A stretch of 64,000 nt of DNA from Porphyridium purpureum. Taxonomy: Eukaryota. Position 1 is the first letter of the stretch, and every line of letters starts with the position of its first letter. The notes beneath the pieces are model-generated. The model made no database searches and was not told the origin of the DNA. It saw nothing but the letters and a program-made list of their open reading frames with translations. Below are positions 42,701 through 54,582 of this stretch, piece by piece. The stretch is taken from positions 1 through 64,000 of the forward strand of contig VRMN01000014.1 of the NCBI GenBank assembly GCA_008690995.1, in the 5' to 3' direction. Both the position numbers and the translations under genes were made by a program.

Positions 42701-45700
42701 TCTGATCTTTGATGGGATGAGCTGGAAAACTCGACCAAATTCCAGGCAGTCTCGAAAACGTTGCTTAAAAGCTAAACTCATCGCTAGCGCATGCGGCTCG
42801 AACATCATAGTTTTGGTCTTCGCCGTAGGGCTCGTGCGTGCACCGCTGGGGCAATATTCAATGTGTGCCTGAGCTCCCTGTAGGGCGCATACCATAACCT
42901 GCAACTGTAACGCAAGCGTTTCAACGTGGTTTACTTTGCCAAACACGTGACGCAAGTCGGCAAGATTACATGTATTGCTTGATTGCCAATGGGCTGGGAG
43001 AAAAACGTGCATCAGAATCTAGGTAGCGCATTTACCACACTTGTCACACTCCATGCCATCAGAAGCTGTTGTCCTTTCTATTCTCTGGACTGATTCTTAC
43101 CTCGACCATATCCGAGTAAGAATTGGCCTATTAATTCGGGCAGGCCGGTACCTTTCTAAACGCTTACTTCCCACCAGGAGCAGCAAGGCCCCGAAATAAT
43201 CGACACCGCTAATCACTGTCATTTCTACACATGGAGAAATTTCAAGAGCGCCCCGAAACTTCTATAAACAGTTTTCCACTTTTCCGAGTTCGAAGAAATC
43301 GAACCGTTCAGGATGAATGGGGTTGAAGGGATTGCATACAATTCAGTAAGATCCCATGCCAGTGATGTATTTCGTACCGTCCATATGAATGCTTCGCCGT
43401 CTGGTACTTCCATCCTCTCAGCAAGTCACGGACTCTGAACCTTTTTCAGTGTCTCTCTGGCATTCGCATGAAGGCGTCCTTGGAAACCTTACTGCTTCTT
43501 CGCACCGAGTTGCGGCACTTCCTGGAGGACCCACCAGGCAGCATTGGCTTTCTAACATGCTGCATTGGTGGCGATCATGAGAAGATCATTAAAAAATATG
43601 TTTTCGATCAAAAACTCCATAAAATAGATTGTCGAGTACGGATCCGCAAAACAGAGGCTGGTTTCCGAAAAAACTATGAAACGTTTCTTGCGCACTCTCG
43701 TTTGAGAGGGAATCGCAAAGTCCGACGAAAATGAAGTTCAATGTTTCGCACAACATCGATAATCTTCATAGTTGCGTCCTTGTTTTTCTCGTCTAGGCGC
43801 TTGATGAGCGACTCATTAGTGCTGTCTTGGAGGGCGTCATGTTGAAACTCATCCTGCGAGCGATGTCACGTGAAGAAAAAGGCGTCTTCGAATCGTTGGC
43901 AACCCTGGCACAGGATGGATCCGCGACGCGCTACTCGAAGACACACGATAGCGCTTCGCACCTCGTTTATTATCGAAAGGTCCGCAATGCTTCGAATCAC
44001 GGCGCATGTAGACCGACCCCTTTAGTGTGCATCCCCGATGCCTGTGCAAGCATTGCCCGCTTTGCACTCGAAGTTTCAGTGGCTGTATTGATGGATCCGT
44101 AGCCAGGACATCGTTGCTTATCCGAAGCGTAAGACCATCACTGCGTCAGACAGTCGCTCTAGTCATCGAAGCGACGGGCCGGCTTTCGTCGATGAGACGA
44201 CGCTACGTACCGTACTCTTTTGATGAGGGAGCCCTCATCATCTATGCGTCCACCCCCATTTCTCAAAGCGAAAGAATATGTAATAACCATAAGCGTGTGC
44301 CTCGTGTGTAAGCTGCACCGGAACGTCACAATCACTTTTCTATGCGTTGCAGTGTATCCCACGCTGTTCTGCCGACAAGTTTCGGAGAGGTTGCATCATC
44401 AGTCTCTCGCTGGATACCTTAAAAAGGTTTCATGTGATTAAAAAGTCCTTGAGTGAACACTGGCTGAGGCGATGAGGAAAAGACAAGAGAATTGCGCGCA
44501 TCGAGAATATATCCGCCTGAAAAGCACTAAGACTCTGGACAGCAGAACGGTTGTGCTATTTGAGGCTCTGTCGTCATGATCGAAAAATTGCCACGTCATG
44601 AACAACCAGCAATGTCCCGCGGGCGCAGTAAATAGTCAAGTTTTCTGGCAAAAACAACGCCATCTGCTTTCCTAAAGTCTATACTCTCATGCGAACTTTG
44701 ATGCGGGAAATATCCCGCGTAGGAATGGTATTGCTGCTTACCAAGCTGCAGCTTTGCTGTTGGCAAAACCAACTGTTCAATTTTGCAAGCCTATACAATT
44801 TTAGCGAGACACACTCATACTGATCGGTTCAGAGTGAAAAGGACTCAAAAGCATATTTACTCTCATGCAAATATTCTCTTCCCCATTCCTGTTTGTACTT
44901 TGCTTGAAAAAAGTGGAGAGAAACTCCCTACCGCGACGTGCCTGCCTGCATCTGCATGCTGATACGTGTGCCGTGACACAATGTATCACAGCAAAGACAT
45001 CCGAAAGACTTTTGATGGATAACGAGTAGCAGTAGACACCGATAGATGGTTGTGCAATATTTTTCTCACCATTTAGGCCGCTGCCACTAAATTGGCCCCT
45101 AGACAGCGACACGAATGGTCAAGACTCCTATTATAGATCATGACGTCCATGTGCAGACTTCTACACATCAATATGATTGCCCAGAGTAGCGTCACCATCG
45201 TGCATACGAAAAGATTTGCGATGAACTTGTGGCCCCACCGATGTAAACGTGTCGTGATCGGCTCAGCTGGCAGACGCACTTTTATGCCTGCTCTCAGCAC
45301 ATGCCCTACTACTGCACGATCAACAAGCATATCGTCCAGCATAGTAATTCACACTTGCCCAAATTCGGCTGCTGATAAATTCGCAAGTCTGAGCACTGCA
45401 GGTTGAGAAGTCTGTGGTCAAGTATTTTTATGGCGGCATGAGGGTAGGGCATGTTATCAACCTGTCTTCCCTTTTTACTTTTCTTCTCCTTTTTACCTCT
45501 TCTGTCTCCGAGCAAGGCCTGACCGGCTAGTCCGGGCACGCGCGTCGCCTTTTTATACTCTTACTTCCGCCAGAGACAGCAAGGCGCCAAGAGAAATGAC
45601 AATGCAAGTCATTGTCATTTCTGCACGTCTAAAAGTTTCTGGAACCTCTAGAAGCTTCTAGAAACGGTTAAACGGTCCACCGGGTTAACGGCTTACAGGT

Positions 45701-48700
45701 TTCGGGTCAACAAAACCGTTCTAGGTGACTGGGGTCGAACGGATAACAGGGCAAGTGTTCCTCCAAGGCTTTCTTTCTGTGTAAAGGTCACTGTACGGTA
45801 TCGGTACAGTTGAGAAGTACTCCAGACGGTGCAGCCGATGAATGGGTATCGTGGCTCGCCTTTACTGTGGAGCGTCTGGCCGCGTTCTACTTCGATACCT
45901 GATCCTACGTTGGATGACTGCCTTGTCCAAGTTTACAATGGTCCGCTCTTGCATATCTGGGTCTTCCTTGACAATTTCGTAAAATTCGCTTGCCTCTTCC
46001 AGGAGAAACTCAATCTAGCGCATGCAATTTGTGTGTCGGCGCTCCAGAAAAATGCTTATTAGCTTGTGGCGCACCGCTTGTTCGAGATACGTTAAGGTAT
46101 TCCTGCCTTCAAGTGGAGCGGGACTCGATCGCGCCCAGACACGTCCTTCTTTAAACGCTTGGAATATACCGATTTATGTCTGCTCAAAACTGATTGCCGC
46201 GTTCCCGGATCTTGCCTGCCGCAGCAGGGGCTGCAAGTGAAGCTCCAGTCTCTCGTAGTGCCCATTCTCACCGTTTTTGCGACTGACAATCTGGCCTCTA
46301 TGTCGAATGTGGAAAGCTGTGGTCTTCTTGTCCTTCTGTGAGTTCATATCCGGAAGTCTGGATACCAAATTTTGTTATTCGTTCATCAGGCATCGGCCCA
46401 AAACATTCAACAAATCCAGCTCGTTGGCCCACCCGATGCGTGTTCGTTCCGAAAAGCTCTTAAACTTTGGCGCAATCTCGCCAAACCTCTCAAGCTCAAA
46501 CATTTCCTGCATCATGAAACCGCAGACCCATTTTCGAGCATTGCCTTGCTGATTCAGTTTCTGGCTGAAAATCTCTGTCCGGCGAAACTCGTACTGAGCA
46601 TATCGTCGAGGATCTTTCACCACTTTGAACCAATGGTTTTTTCCCCCCAGCTGTCGCCAGAAGAGCTTGCCGAAAAGAAAGCTGTCAATCGTCATTCCTT
46701 CACTGAAGAAGCAAACTGACTGCATACCCAAGAAAAAAATGCGCACAAATGCGGACCAGAAGTCTGCAACGCTTGGATCTACTTTTGCAAGGGCGGCGAA
46801 CAGCCGTTGGCGGTCGGGCGGCCCCTTATTCTCCTGCGTAAAGTCTGTAGTTGGTACTGCACGACCTCCGAAGTAAGTTTCATGGACTCTCTGACCTGAA
46901 ACGCGCGCCTGCACGAAATCGGGCTCTTTCAAAGCCCCGCAGCCTCGCTCGCTGGCTATTCTCAGAGGATGCACTGAACGTTCACGGTCCTCGTGATCAG
47001 CACCCTGAAAGAGAATCTTTGGACTCCTGTCGGCAGCGAGCGCTTCGCCCTCCAGAATCTGTGTGAGATAATTCTCGAGTCCTTGTCACTGTTTGATGCG
47101 CATTCCATCCTGTAATTTCGGAATGGACACGAAGCCAGAGACTTGAAGCACAATTTGGCATAACCAAGGCTCATCGCTTAGCTGCCGATGCCAAAGACCA
47201 TTTTGCAAAGTGTGCATTGATATCATGAGCGCATGAAGGGGCCTGCGGGCAAACGCCAGGTCTGGGATAGACATTCCGTCTCTGAACTCACTCATTTGAC
47301 CAAGCTGCTCATTGACTCATCTCGCCGTGGCCCTGTAACACTCGGACGTCAGCAGAAAATAAGCATTCAGGTCTTTCGTCGCACAAACGATGAGCGTGCT
47401 AGAGCTGAAAAGGTCGCAAGCCCACTTCCAAGCGATATCCCACAAGTTCATGTTGGCACCTTCCTGTGTGTTAGGCTGAGCGAAGAAAGAAACTGCCACG
47501 GCACTTCCGCCTGACCTTGATACTGTAGGATATCTCTTCAAGCGAAAGCGGAACTTTAGCCTGACTCCATGATCTGCTTTATCTGGCTCCGTCTCCTCTC
47601 GAATGGCTTCCGCCAAGTCGCGGATAGAGTTGTAGATTTCGACCGCATCATCCCACGTGACATGATGGTGGTTTCGTATCCATTCCAAGGATCGAAGTGC
47701 TCTTGTCGCTGATCTGCAACGTGACGTATGATATGCTTGTACATACGTCATTCTTCAGGATCGGTCAAACAGAAAGGATCTCTCAGCTTCACCAGCTTCG
47801 ATTGCCGTAATTGTCCTGTGCGCTGTCCGATCCATACGCGCTCGAACTCCTAGCGGTCTAAAAGCTCTTCGTGCAGCTTATCGCGCACATGCTCAAGAAA
47901 CACATGGGCAAAGTCACCGCCGACAACAGACGTGAGCTGAGCATCCGTGCCGTGCTTGGTCTGCGCTCGCCTTTCCATGCTCTTGTACGACGCACGCAGC
48001 CGTGTCAGCAGTTCCGCATTTCCAACTGCTCTCATACGTGGCAAGATGGACTGCTCGCAGAACTGTGCTCGAACGGCTTCTGGCTCCTCAACATGGCTCC
48101 GACGAATCACGACAAAGACGCGTTGGTTCGAACTAGCCGCCCGAAAATATCAGAAGTGACTGACAGTTGATGTCTCCGCGCGGATCTCAGGGAACGAGTC
48201 ACTGTGTATGCGTAAGTTTTTCGCACAATCCACAATGTCAGGCGGCCCGTGCCCAACAAATGTAAAAGGGGCTCCGTGCCGAGCGCAGAGGTCCCTAGTC
48301 ATCATGATGAGGAGGTCCTAATCGATTGCACACGCTAAGTTAAGCTCATCGTTGACGCCAGCAACTGGGCGACCTGCAGCCAATACTCTTGAACCTGTTA
48401 CGTTTCAGGTAACAGCCAACGCAGCGTCGTGCACACTGAATCCTTCATCCTCTATGCCTCGCTCGGTAGTACCATGGATCGTCCAGCATATCTTCTCATC
48501 CTCAGTGCGGAGAGAATGCAGCGTCTCGACAGTTGTCGCGAACTTCATCACAGTAACAAAAAAGATGCACAAAATAAGGAGGGAAAGCACAAGAACGAGT
48601 CAGTCACAGAACGGAAAATCCCACGTATAGCGGGGCTACAAGATGCTTTTCCCATCGGCACCTACAGGACTGGTATAGACAGGGGGCAGAGTGATGCAAC

Positions 48701-49273
48701 CCGTTTCTCAGGGCCAGCTGTCTACCCCCCCTCAGACGCGCTTTGTTACACAAGCTCTGCAAACCCCGTCACGCTTTCCAACGACCGCTCGTGCTCACTC
48801 CACTCTCTCGCGCTCAACCTTTACTTTTGCAATTGTCTTTCCTACTTGTCCCTCGCTTTACGTATCCCCGGTTTACATATACTCTGTCTCACACATGTTT
48901 CCCACTCCTGCACCCCCTTCTCCTATCACCTTCTCGGTCACCCTCTTCTCTACTCACCTATCCTTTATCGTCTTCCTCTCGCCTCCTCTCCGTCCCCAAT
49001 CTGCTCGTTGGTGGCCACCCCCTTCTATAGACTGCTCTCTGGTTTTCAGCAAACTTCCGTCCATTTTCCAGCCACTGACTCTAGAGCAAAAGGACGGTCT
49101 GTGGGATGGTGTACAGGCGGCTTTTGGGTCGGGTTCACTCTGCTCTACATTTCAAAGCGTAGTACTGCTCAAGAGTGCAGGAGTAGTGTGAACCCGCAAG
49201 GACTCTGTGCTTTACGAGCGCTCGAGGGGTTCACGGTACTCTAGGATGCAAGTGGGAGATATTCAACACAAAT

Positions 49274-49295
49274 GTTAGGGTTACTCTAGGGTTAG
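49274..49295 (+). repeat. Interstitial telomeric motif GTTAGGGTTACTCTAGGGTTAG
   Basis: Reverse complement of the array repeat, including its TAACCC variant context. Confidence 0.8.
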
Positions 49296-50209
49296 AGGCG
49301 TTTTTCAGGTAGGGTGGGCCCTGCGGTTCGGCCATACCATAGTACAGTTGCTTCGGGCTACAGTACAGTTGCGTCGGACCATGGATTAAAAGTGTTCCGG
49401 TCCGAGAGACGCCCTGGGTGTACACCCGGAGGTACGGCGTCTCGGAATTGTTTGAGGTACAGGGGCTTTTTCGCCCGCGTGGTTTTTTACCCTGTACCTC
49501 TGGTTTTGTGCATTGTTGTCTTTCGCCCCGAGGAGCCGTAGTCGCGTGTCCGAGGGAAGCAGGAGCCGCTTGGCGGCCGGCCGGCACCCATTGAGCCGCT
49601 TGCTGACGTGGCTGGCTGTGGCTTCGTTCCGTGGAACGAACGGAGGAAAGCCCAGCCTTTTGGGAGAAATAATTTCTCCCTTCCGCGTCAAGGACAGCAA
49701 GGACGGCGGGGTATATAATGGGCGCGGGCCCGTGCGGTTCCCCGGATTTCTAGAGAGCGGAAGAAGTAGAGGCAAGGGAGAAGGACACAGAGAATAAAGG
49801 AAGAGTTGTTCTTTGGTGTCGGGTGCCTGGGCGTGGTCGTCGGAAGGCGTGGGGCCTTTTGCTGAGCCTGTGTAGCAGAGCCAGCAGCACATCGTGTCTG
49901 GGGGGTTTCGGTGCTCTTAGAGCACTGAAGGCAGACGGCGGCTTTGTCCGTTACGACACCCTGCCCCTGTCGAGACCGGTGCTGTCTGTGCCGACGCGAA
50001 GGGCAATAGTAGAGGCCCTATACGTTGGATTTTCCACGCCCCGGGTATTCGTCGTCTGTGTTGTGTGCGTCGTGTGGTTGTGTTCTCTGTGCTGTGTGCG
50101 TCGTGTTGCTGGGGTTCGGTCATCTGAGAAGGGTTGTGTCATCCGGGTTCGTGCGCTTGTCATCATCAAGCGTGCGAGAATTTAAAGTGGTATCATCGCA
50201 TCGGCGAAG

Positions 50210-51166
50210 ATGGATTCTGAGGGAATGGACGTGCAGGGCCTGCAGGGCGGCGCGTCGTGGATTGAAGCTTTCAACCAGCTTCATGCTCGTATCGGAGGAC
50301 AAGAAATGATGATTGTGCAGCTGCAGGAGGGAAATCGCCTCTTGCAGGAGATGCTGCAGAATGTGATGCATCAGGCATCTGTGTCAGCTGGTCCCGGCGA
50401 AACGGAAAGGACCGTTGCATCGCTGATTGGACGCAGCTTGAGGAAATACGACGGACAGCGCGACAAACTCGTTGTGAACGAGTGGTTGTCGAGGATGAAG
50501 CAAGACTTGGACATGTGCATGCCAGCTGGAGCGCTCGAGTCGCAGAAGGTGATCGTAGCGTCGCGCTTCTTTGAGAAGGATGCCGCGCTGTTGTGGGCAG
50601 CTCGCCCTGAAGAACAGAGGATGGCATTGGCCGAGTCCGGTTGGAATGCGTTCGCGAGCTTCGTGCGGACGGCATTTGAGCCGCCGCAGGCATACCTGAC
50701 TGCTCGAACGAACTTGTATCAGCTGAAGCAGGGCAAGATGACTGTTGCTGAGTTTGAGCAGCGCCTGAGGATGGTGGCTCTGTCCGTGGATAGTGTGACA
50801 GATGCCGAGCTCAACACCATCTTCACTCTCGGCCTGAAGGAGAAGCTTCGCCTTGAGGTGGCGCGTCAGGACACGAAGACGCTGGAAGAGTCGCTGAGGG
50901 CGGCGTTGGCTGCGGAGCAGGTTGGTAGGTTTGGAGGAGACATGAGGGAGGCTTTTCATGGCGCCTCGAGTCCAAACTACCGGAACAGCTCGTCGTATGC
51001 CGGGACGGCGCCAATGGATTTGGGCGTCGTGGAGAAACGCCAGCCGGAGAAGCGCAAGCATGCGGACATGGGCAAAGTCAGATGCTACCATTGCGGGCAG
51101 CGCGGCCACATCAAACCCAATTGCCCAAAGCGGAATGGGCACTTGGCGGGAGGCCCGGAAAACTAA
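50210..51166 (+). CDS. gag: Gag of B2
   Basis: Same protein as B1 gag. Confidence 0.92.
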   Translation: MDSEGMDVQGLQGGASWIEAFNQLHARIGGQEMMIVQLQEGNRLLQEMLQNVMHQASVSAGPGETERTVASLIGRSLRKYDGQRDKLVVNEWLSRMKQDLDMCMPAGALESQKVIVASRFFEKDAALLWAARPEEQRMALAESGWNAFASFVRTAFEPPQAYLTARTNLYQLKQGKMTVAEFEQRLRMVALSVDSVTDAELNTIFTLGLKEKLRLEVARQDTKTLEESLRAALAAEQVGRFGGDMREAFHGASSPNYRNSSSYAGTAPMDLGVVEKRQPEKRKHADMGKVRCYHCGQRGHIKPNCPKRNGHLAGGPEN

Positions 51167-51216
51167 AACCTCGAGGGAGAAGTTGGGAGGTGCACTCGAG
51201 GGGAACGGAACCTCCC
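51157..51216 (+). promoter_or_regulatory. Predicted -1 ribosomal frameshift signal (G_GAA_AAC plus H-type pseudoknot)
   Basis: pol is in the -1 frame relative to gag; stems CCTCGAG/CTCGAGG and GGGAGGT/ACCTCCC; equivalent structure in family A. Confidence 0.8.
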
Positions 51217-54200
51217 GGGATGGGCTTTGTAGGTGAGGTCTGGCGCGCTGATGCGGCGTCGAGGTTGCTCTACAAGCGTGGAACTTTAGATGGCGAGTCT
51301 GTCCAATTTCTGGTGGACAGCGGAGCATCGCACAATTTTCTTGGATCTCGCTTTGTCGGCAGATTTGAAGGGCGCGAGAACGGAATGGTCAAGCTTGCGG
51401 GTGGGCAAAGTGTCTTAGTGCATGGCCCGGTGTTGCAGCATGTTGATCTTGGGTTCTGGAAAGGGCCGGTCAAGTTTTATGTCGGACCGCTGCAAATGGA
51501 TGCAATTCTCGGGTGGGACTGGCTGAGTCGCGTGAACCCGAGGATTGATTGGCAGAGGGGTTCGATGGACTTGGGACTTGAAAATGTGGAAGATTGTGCG
51601 ATGGTGAATGTCGTGGACGCTCTTTCCGAGTCAAGCGGAAATCAAGCGTACGATGGAGAAGAGGAGAGTGCCAGTGAAGGGGTCGAAGGAAAGATGGCCG
51701 GGATGGAACATGCGTTGACTTACATGCCGATGCGGGATGATTGTGAGACGTGTGTTGTGGCCAAGATCAAGAGCCGACCAGCAAGAAGGCTGGAGAAGGA
51801 CTTGTCCACTTTGTCGTTCAATGACGAAGTTGGGATCGACCTGGTGGAGCCCGGACGTAACGTGGAAGCCATCGATGGAGCAAAGTATATACTGACGCAC
51901 ATCGATAGAGCGACGAGGTGGGCCACACTGGCAGGATTGAGAGCCAAAACGCATACGGCGGTTGCTGAAGCTTGGACAAGCGTGCAAGCCGGGCGAGGAT
52001 GGCCAAAGGTACTGAGGACAGATGATGGAAACGAGTTCAGGGGAAATGTGAGCAATTTGGTACGGGAGAATCTCGTGAAGCATGAGATTGGCGTCCCACA
52101 TAGACCAAATAGCCACGCTGAACAGGAACGTTTCCATCATACTTTGAATCAGGGGGTACGAGCAAATCTCCTGCAGTCTGGGCTGGGAAAGCGGTGGTTT
52201 TTGCATGCCGCTCAGCATTTCGTCTTCATGTTCAATCGGCTGCACCCAGACAAGAGGTCTGGGAAGTCTCCGTATGAAATGAGGTACGGTGAGAGATGGA
52301 AGCGGGGGAAGGTAGCAGTACCATTTGGATGCAAGGTGGTGTTCAAGAATGATCAACCTGAGAACAAGTATGCACCCAGAGGAAAGATTGGAGTCCTTGT
52401 TGGAGTTGCGGAGCATCCGCTGGCAATCTGGGTCCTTCCTCAGGAGGAGTGGACGAGTGCGGCACCGAGGCTGACTCGCACTCAGGACTTCAAGGCGTTC
52501 CCTGAAGTGTTTCCAATGCGGACTTTGGAAACAAGGGATGACGAGGAGGTCTCGGCACGTGAGGGTGAAATCGACTTTCACTCTAGGCAGGAAGAACCGG
52601 ATAGTCAAGAGACTATGGTGTTGCCTACGAATACGGCCGAGGCGCGTGAATCCGGGAACTTGGAGGAGGATGTTCCCCTACCTGTTGGAAGAAGGGGGAA
52701 ACGAAAACCCAGGGTATCTTGGAGCCGGGAAGAGGATCAGGCCATCATGGATGGCTTACGGCTCTTTGGCTGGGGGAAGTGGGAAAGAACTCTGCAAGAA
52801 TACAAGGCAGTGTTCCGCGATTCAAGAAACGGAAAGGATGTGCGAGCCCGGGCTCATAATATGGGCCTCTCGGAGGAAAATTGGAGGCAACGCGCAGGAG
52901 TTGCTCCAGAAACACCGCAATTGAACTTGACAACTTTGTTGCAGACGAGCCAAGCTCTGGCTTCTTCGGCTGGAAGAGAAGCCATGCAAAAAGAAGTGGA
53001 CTTGATGATCCGATTCAAGGTATGGGATGAGCAACCTATTTCAAGGGAAGAAGCTCTCAAGGTCCCAGGCGCACGATTTGTGCGGACACACTTTATATTC
53101 GGATTGAAGTTCGCTGAGCTTCCGGAGGAGTTTCGCAAGGTCAAGTGTCGGCTTGTTGCTGGTGGAAATAGGATTTGGGATGCCTCAGGGAAGGTCACTC
53201 AGGATGTGTTTGACTATGAGGTGCCCGCGGGCCTGTCTGCAATCAGAATGTTGATAGCTTTGGCCGCGATCCTGGGATTGAAAATCGTGTCGTTCGATGT
53301 GACGTCGGCGTACTTACACGCTGACTTGTCAGGACCACCGACGTTTGCCATGTTGCCCCCTCATGTTCCAGGAGGAGGTGATGGACTTCTCGTTCGCTTG
53401 AGAAGGGCGCTTTATGGCTTGCCAAGAAGCGGGTCTGACTTTTCCATCGATGCCCGCAGAAAACTTCAGAAGTTCGGGTGGGATTTGATTCACGGCGAGA
53501 AGAATGTATACGTGAAAAAGATGGCGGGAAGTGCATCTGTTGCACTCTTGGCCTTGTATGTCGATGATGGCCTGCTCGCGTGTGCCGAGAAGGATCGGGG
53601 TGAGATATTTCGAGAGTTGAGGTCAGAGTTCCTCATTGAGAAGGAGCCAGAAGTCCTCTCGGAAGGTACCCCGTTGAGGTTCCTAGGTCTCACGATCTCG
53701 GAGTCGGCGGCACGGCTTTCGTTGGATCATGATCACTACCAAGCTTTGGTGGTGAAGGAATTCGAAGAAGAACTTGGGCAGGTGCTGCGAGCGGTGAAAT
53801 CACCAGGTGAGAAGATGAATGCTGACGCTGTATTGGATGTTCAAGTCGAACATGGACATCTGAAAATACGCGAGCATGTTGGGCGGCTGCTGTGGTTGGC
53901 CAGGACGGTCAGACCGGATATCTCGTACGCAGTTGGAGTGGTGGCTCGGTACGTGGATAGCTGGAACGTCGCAGCTGAGAGACTCCTGGTTCGCGTCATG
54001 CAATACTTGAAGGTTCCTCGTGAACCACTTGAGTATTTGCGGATGACGTCATTGAAGGTCGGTGACGTAAGCGTCTTGGGCTATGCTGATGCCGACTTCG
54101 CTGGATGTCCGGAAACGCGCAAGTCGACGTCTGGACGAGTGACGTACTTGGTCGCGGGTGGAAACAAGTATCTGGTCGACTGGAGCTCCAGAAGGCAACG

Positions 54201-54582
54201 CTTTGTGAGCTCTTCGACCTCTGAGTCTGAGATGGCCGCTCTGGAAGAAGCGGTGCAGTTGTCTCTGTTTCCGGCATTGTCGTTTCTTCGAAGCGTGCAG
54301 GAGGGTGATTATGCGTTGACCCTGCTTTGTGATAGTCAAGTTGTTCTCCGTGCGGTCAAGATGGGCTACTCGCCAAAGTTGCATCACATGGCAGTGACCA
54401 GAGCCACGGACTTGGCGTGGATACACCAAGTTTGCGAGAAGCAAAAGCTGGTGAGATTGGAATATGTGAGGACGGGGGAAAACGTGTCCGACTTGATGAC
54501 AAAACCTTTGTTTCCGGAAGGTCATATCAGGTGTTGGACTATGTTACGCGTCCCTCAGATCGGAAGGAGGAGCATGGATTAA
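51163..54582 (+). CDS. pol: Pol of B2 (protease, integrase, Myb-like domain, RT, RNaseH)
   Basis: Same protein as B1 pol; open frame. Confidence 0.92.
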   Translation, partial: LKPRGRSWEVHSRGTEPPGMGFVGEVWRADAASRLLYKRGTLDGESVQFLVDSGASHNFLGSRFVGRFEGRENGMVKLAGGQSVLVHGPVLQHVDLGFWKGPVKFYVGPLQMDAILGWDWLSRVNPRIDWQRGSMDLGLENVEDCAMVNVVDALSESSGNQAYDGEEESASEGVEGKMAGMEHALTYMPMRDDCETCVVAKIKSRPARRLEKDLSTLSFNDEVGIDLVEPGRNVEAIDGAKYILTHIDRATRWATLAGLRAKTHTAVAEAWTSVQAGRGWPKVLRTDDGNEFRGNVSNLVRENLVKHEIGVPHRPNSHAEQERFHHTLNQGVRANLLQSGLGKRWFLHAAQHFVFMFNRLHPDKRSGKSPYEMRYGERWKRGKVAVPFGCKVVFKNDQPENKYAPRGKIGVLVGVAEHPLAIWVLPQEEWTSAAPRLTRTQDFKAFPEVFPMRTLETRDDEEVSAREGEIDFHSRQEEPDSQETMVLPTNTAEARESGNLEEDVPLPVGRRGKRKPRVSWSREEDQAIMDGLRLFGWGKWERTLQEYKAVFRDSRNGKDVRARAHNMGLSEENWRQRAGVAPETPQLNLTTLLQTSQALASSAGREAMQKEVDLMIRFKVWDEQPISREEALKVPGARFVRTHFIFGLKFAELPEEFRKVKCRLVAGGNRIWDASGKVTQDVFDYEVPAGLSAIRMLIALAAILGLKIVSFDVTSAYLHADLSGPPTFAMLPPHVPGGGDGLLVRLRRALYGLPRSGSDFSIDARRKLQKFGWDLIHGEKNVYVKKMAGSASVALLALYVDDGLLACAEKDRGEIFRELRSEFLIEKEPEVLSEGTPLRFLGLTISESAARLSLDHDHYQALVVKEFEEELGQVLRAVKSPGEKMNADAVLDVQVEHGHLKIREHVGRLLWLARTVRPDISYAVGVVARYVDSWNVAAERLLVRVMQYLKVPREPLEYLRMTSLKVGDVSVLGYADADFAGCPETRKSTSGRVTYLVAGGNKYLVDWSSRRQRFVSSSTSESEMAALEEAVQLSLFPALSFLRSVQEGDYALTLLCDSQVVLRAVKMGYSPKLHHMAVTRATDLAWIHQVCEKQKLVRLEYVRTGENVSDLMTKPLFPEGHIRCWTMLRVPQIGRRSMD

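Noticed and set aside
45700..48650. hAT-like transposase pseudogene (similar impression for 7000-8300)
   Set aside because: Only vague motif hints; no terminal inverted repeats or TSD identified
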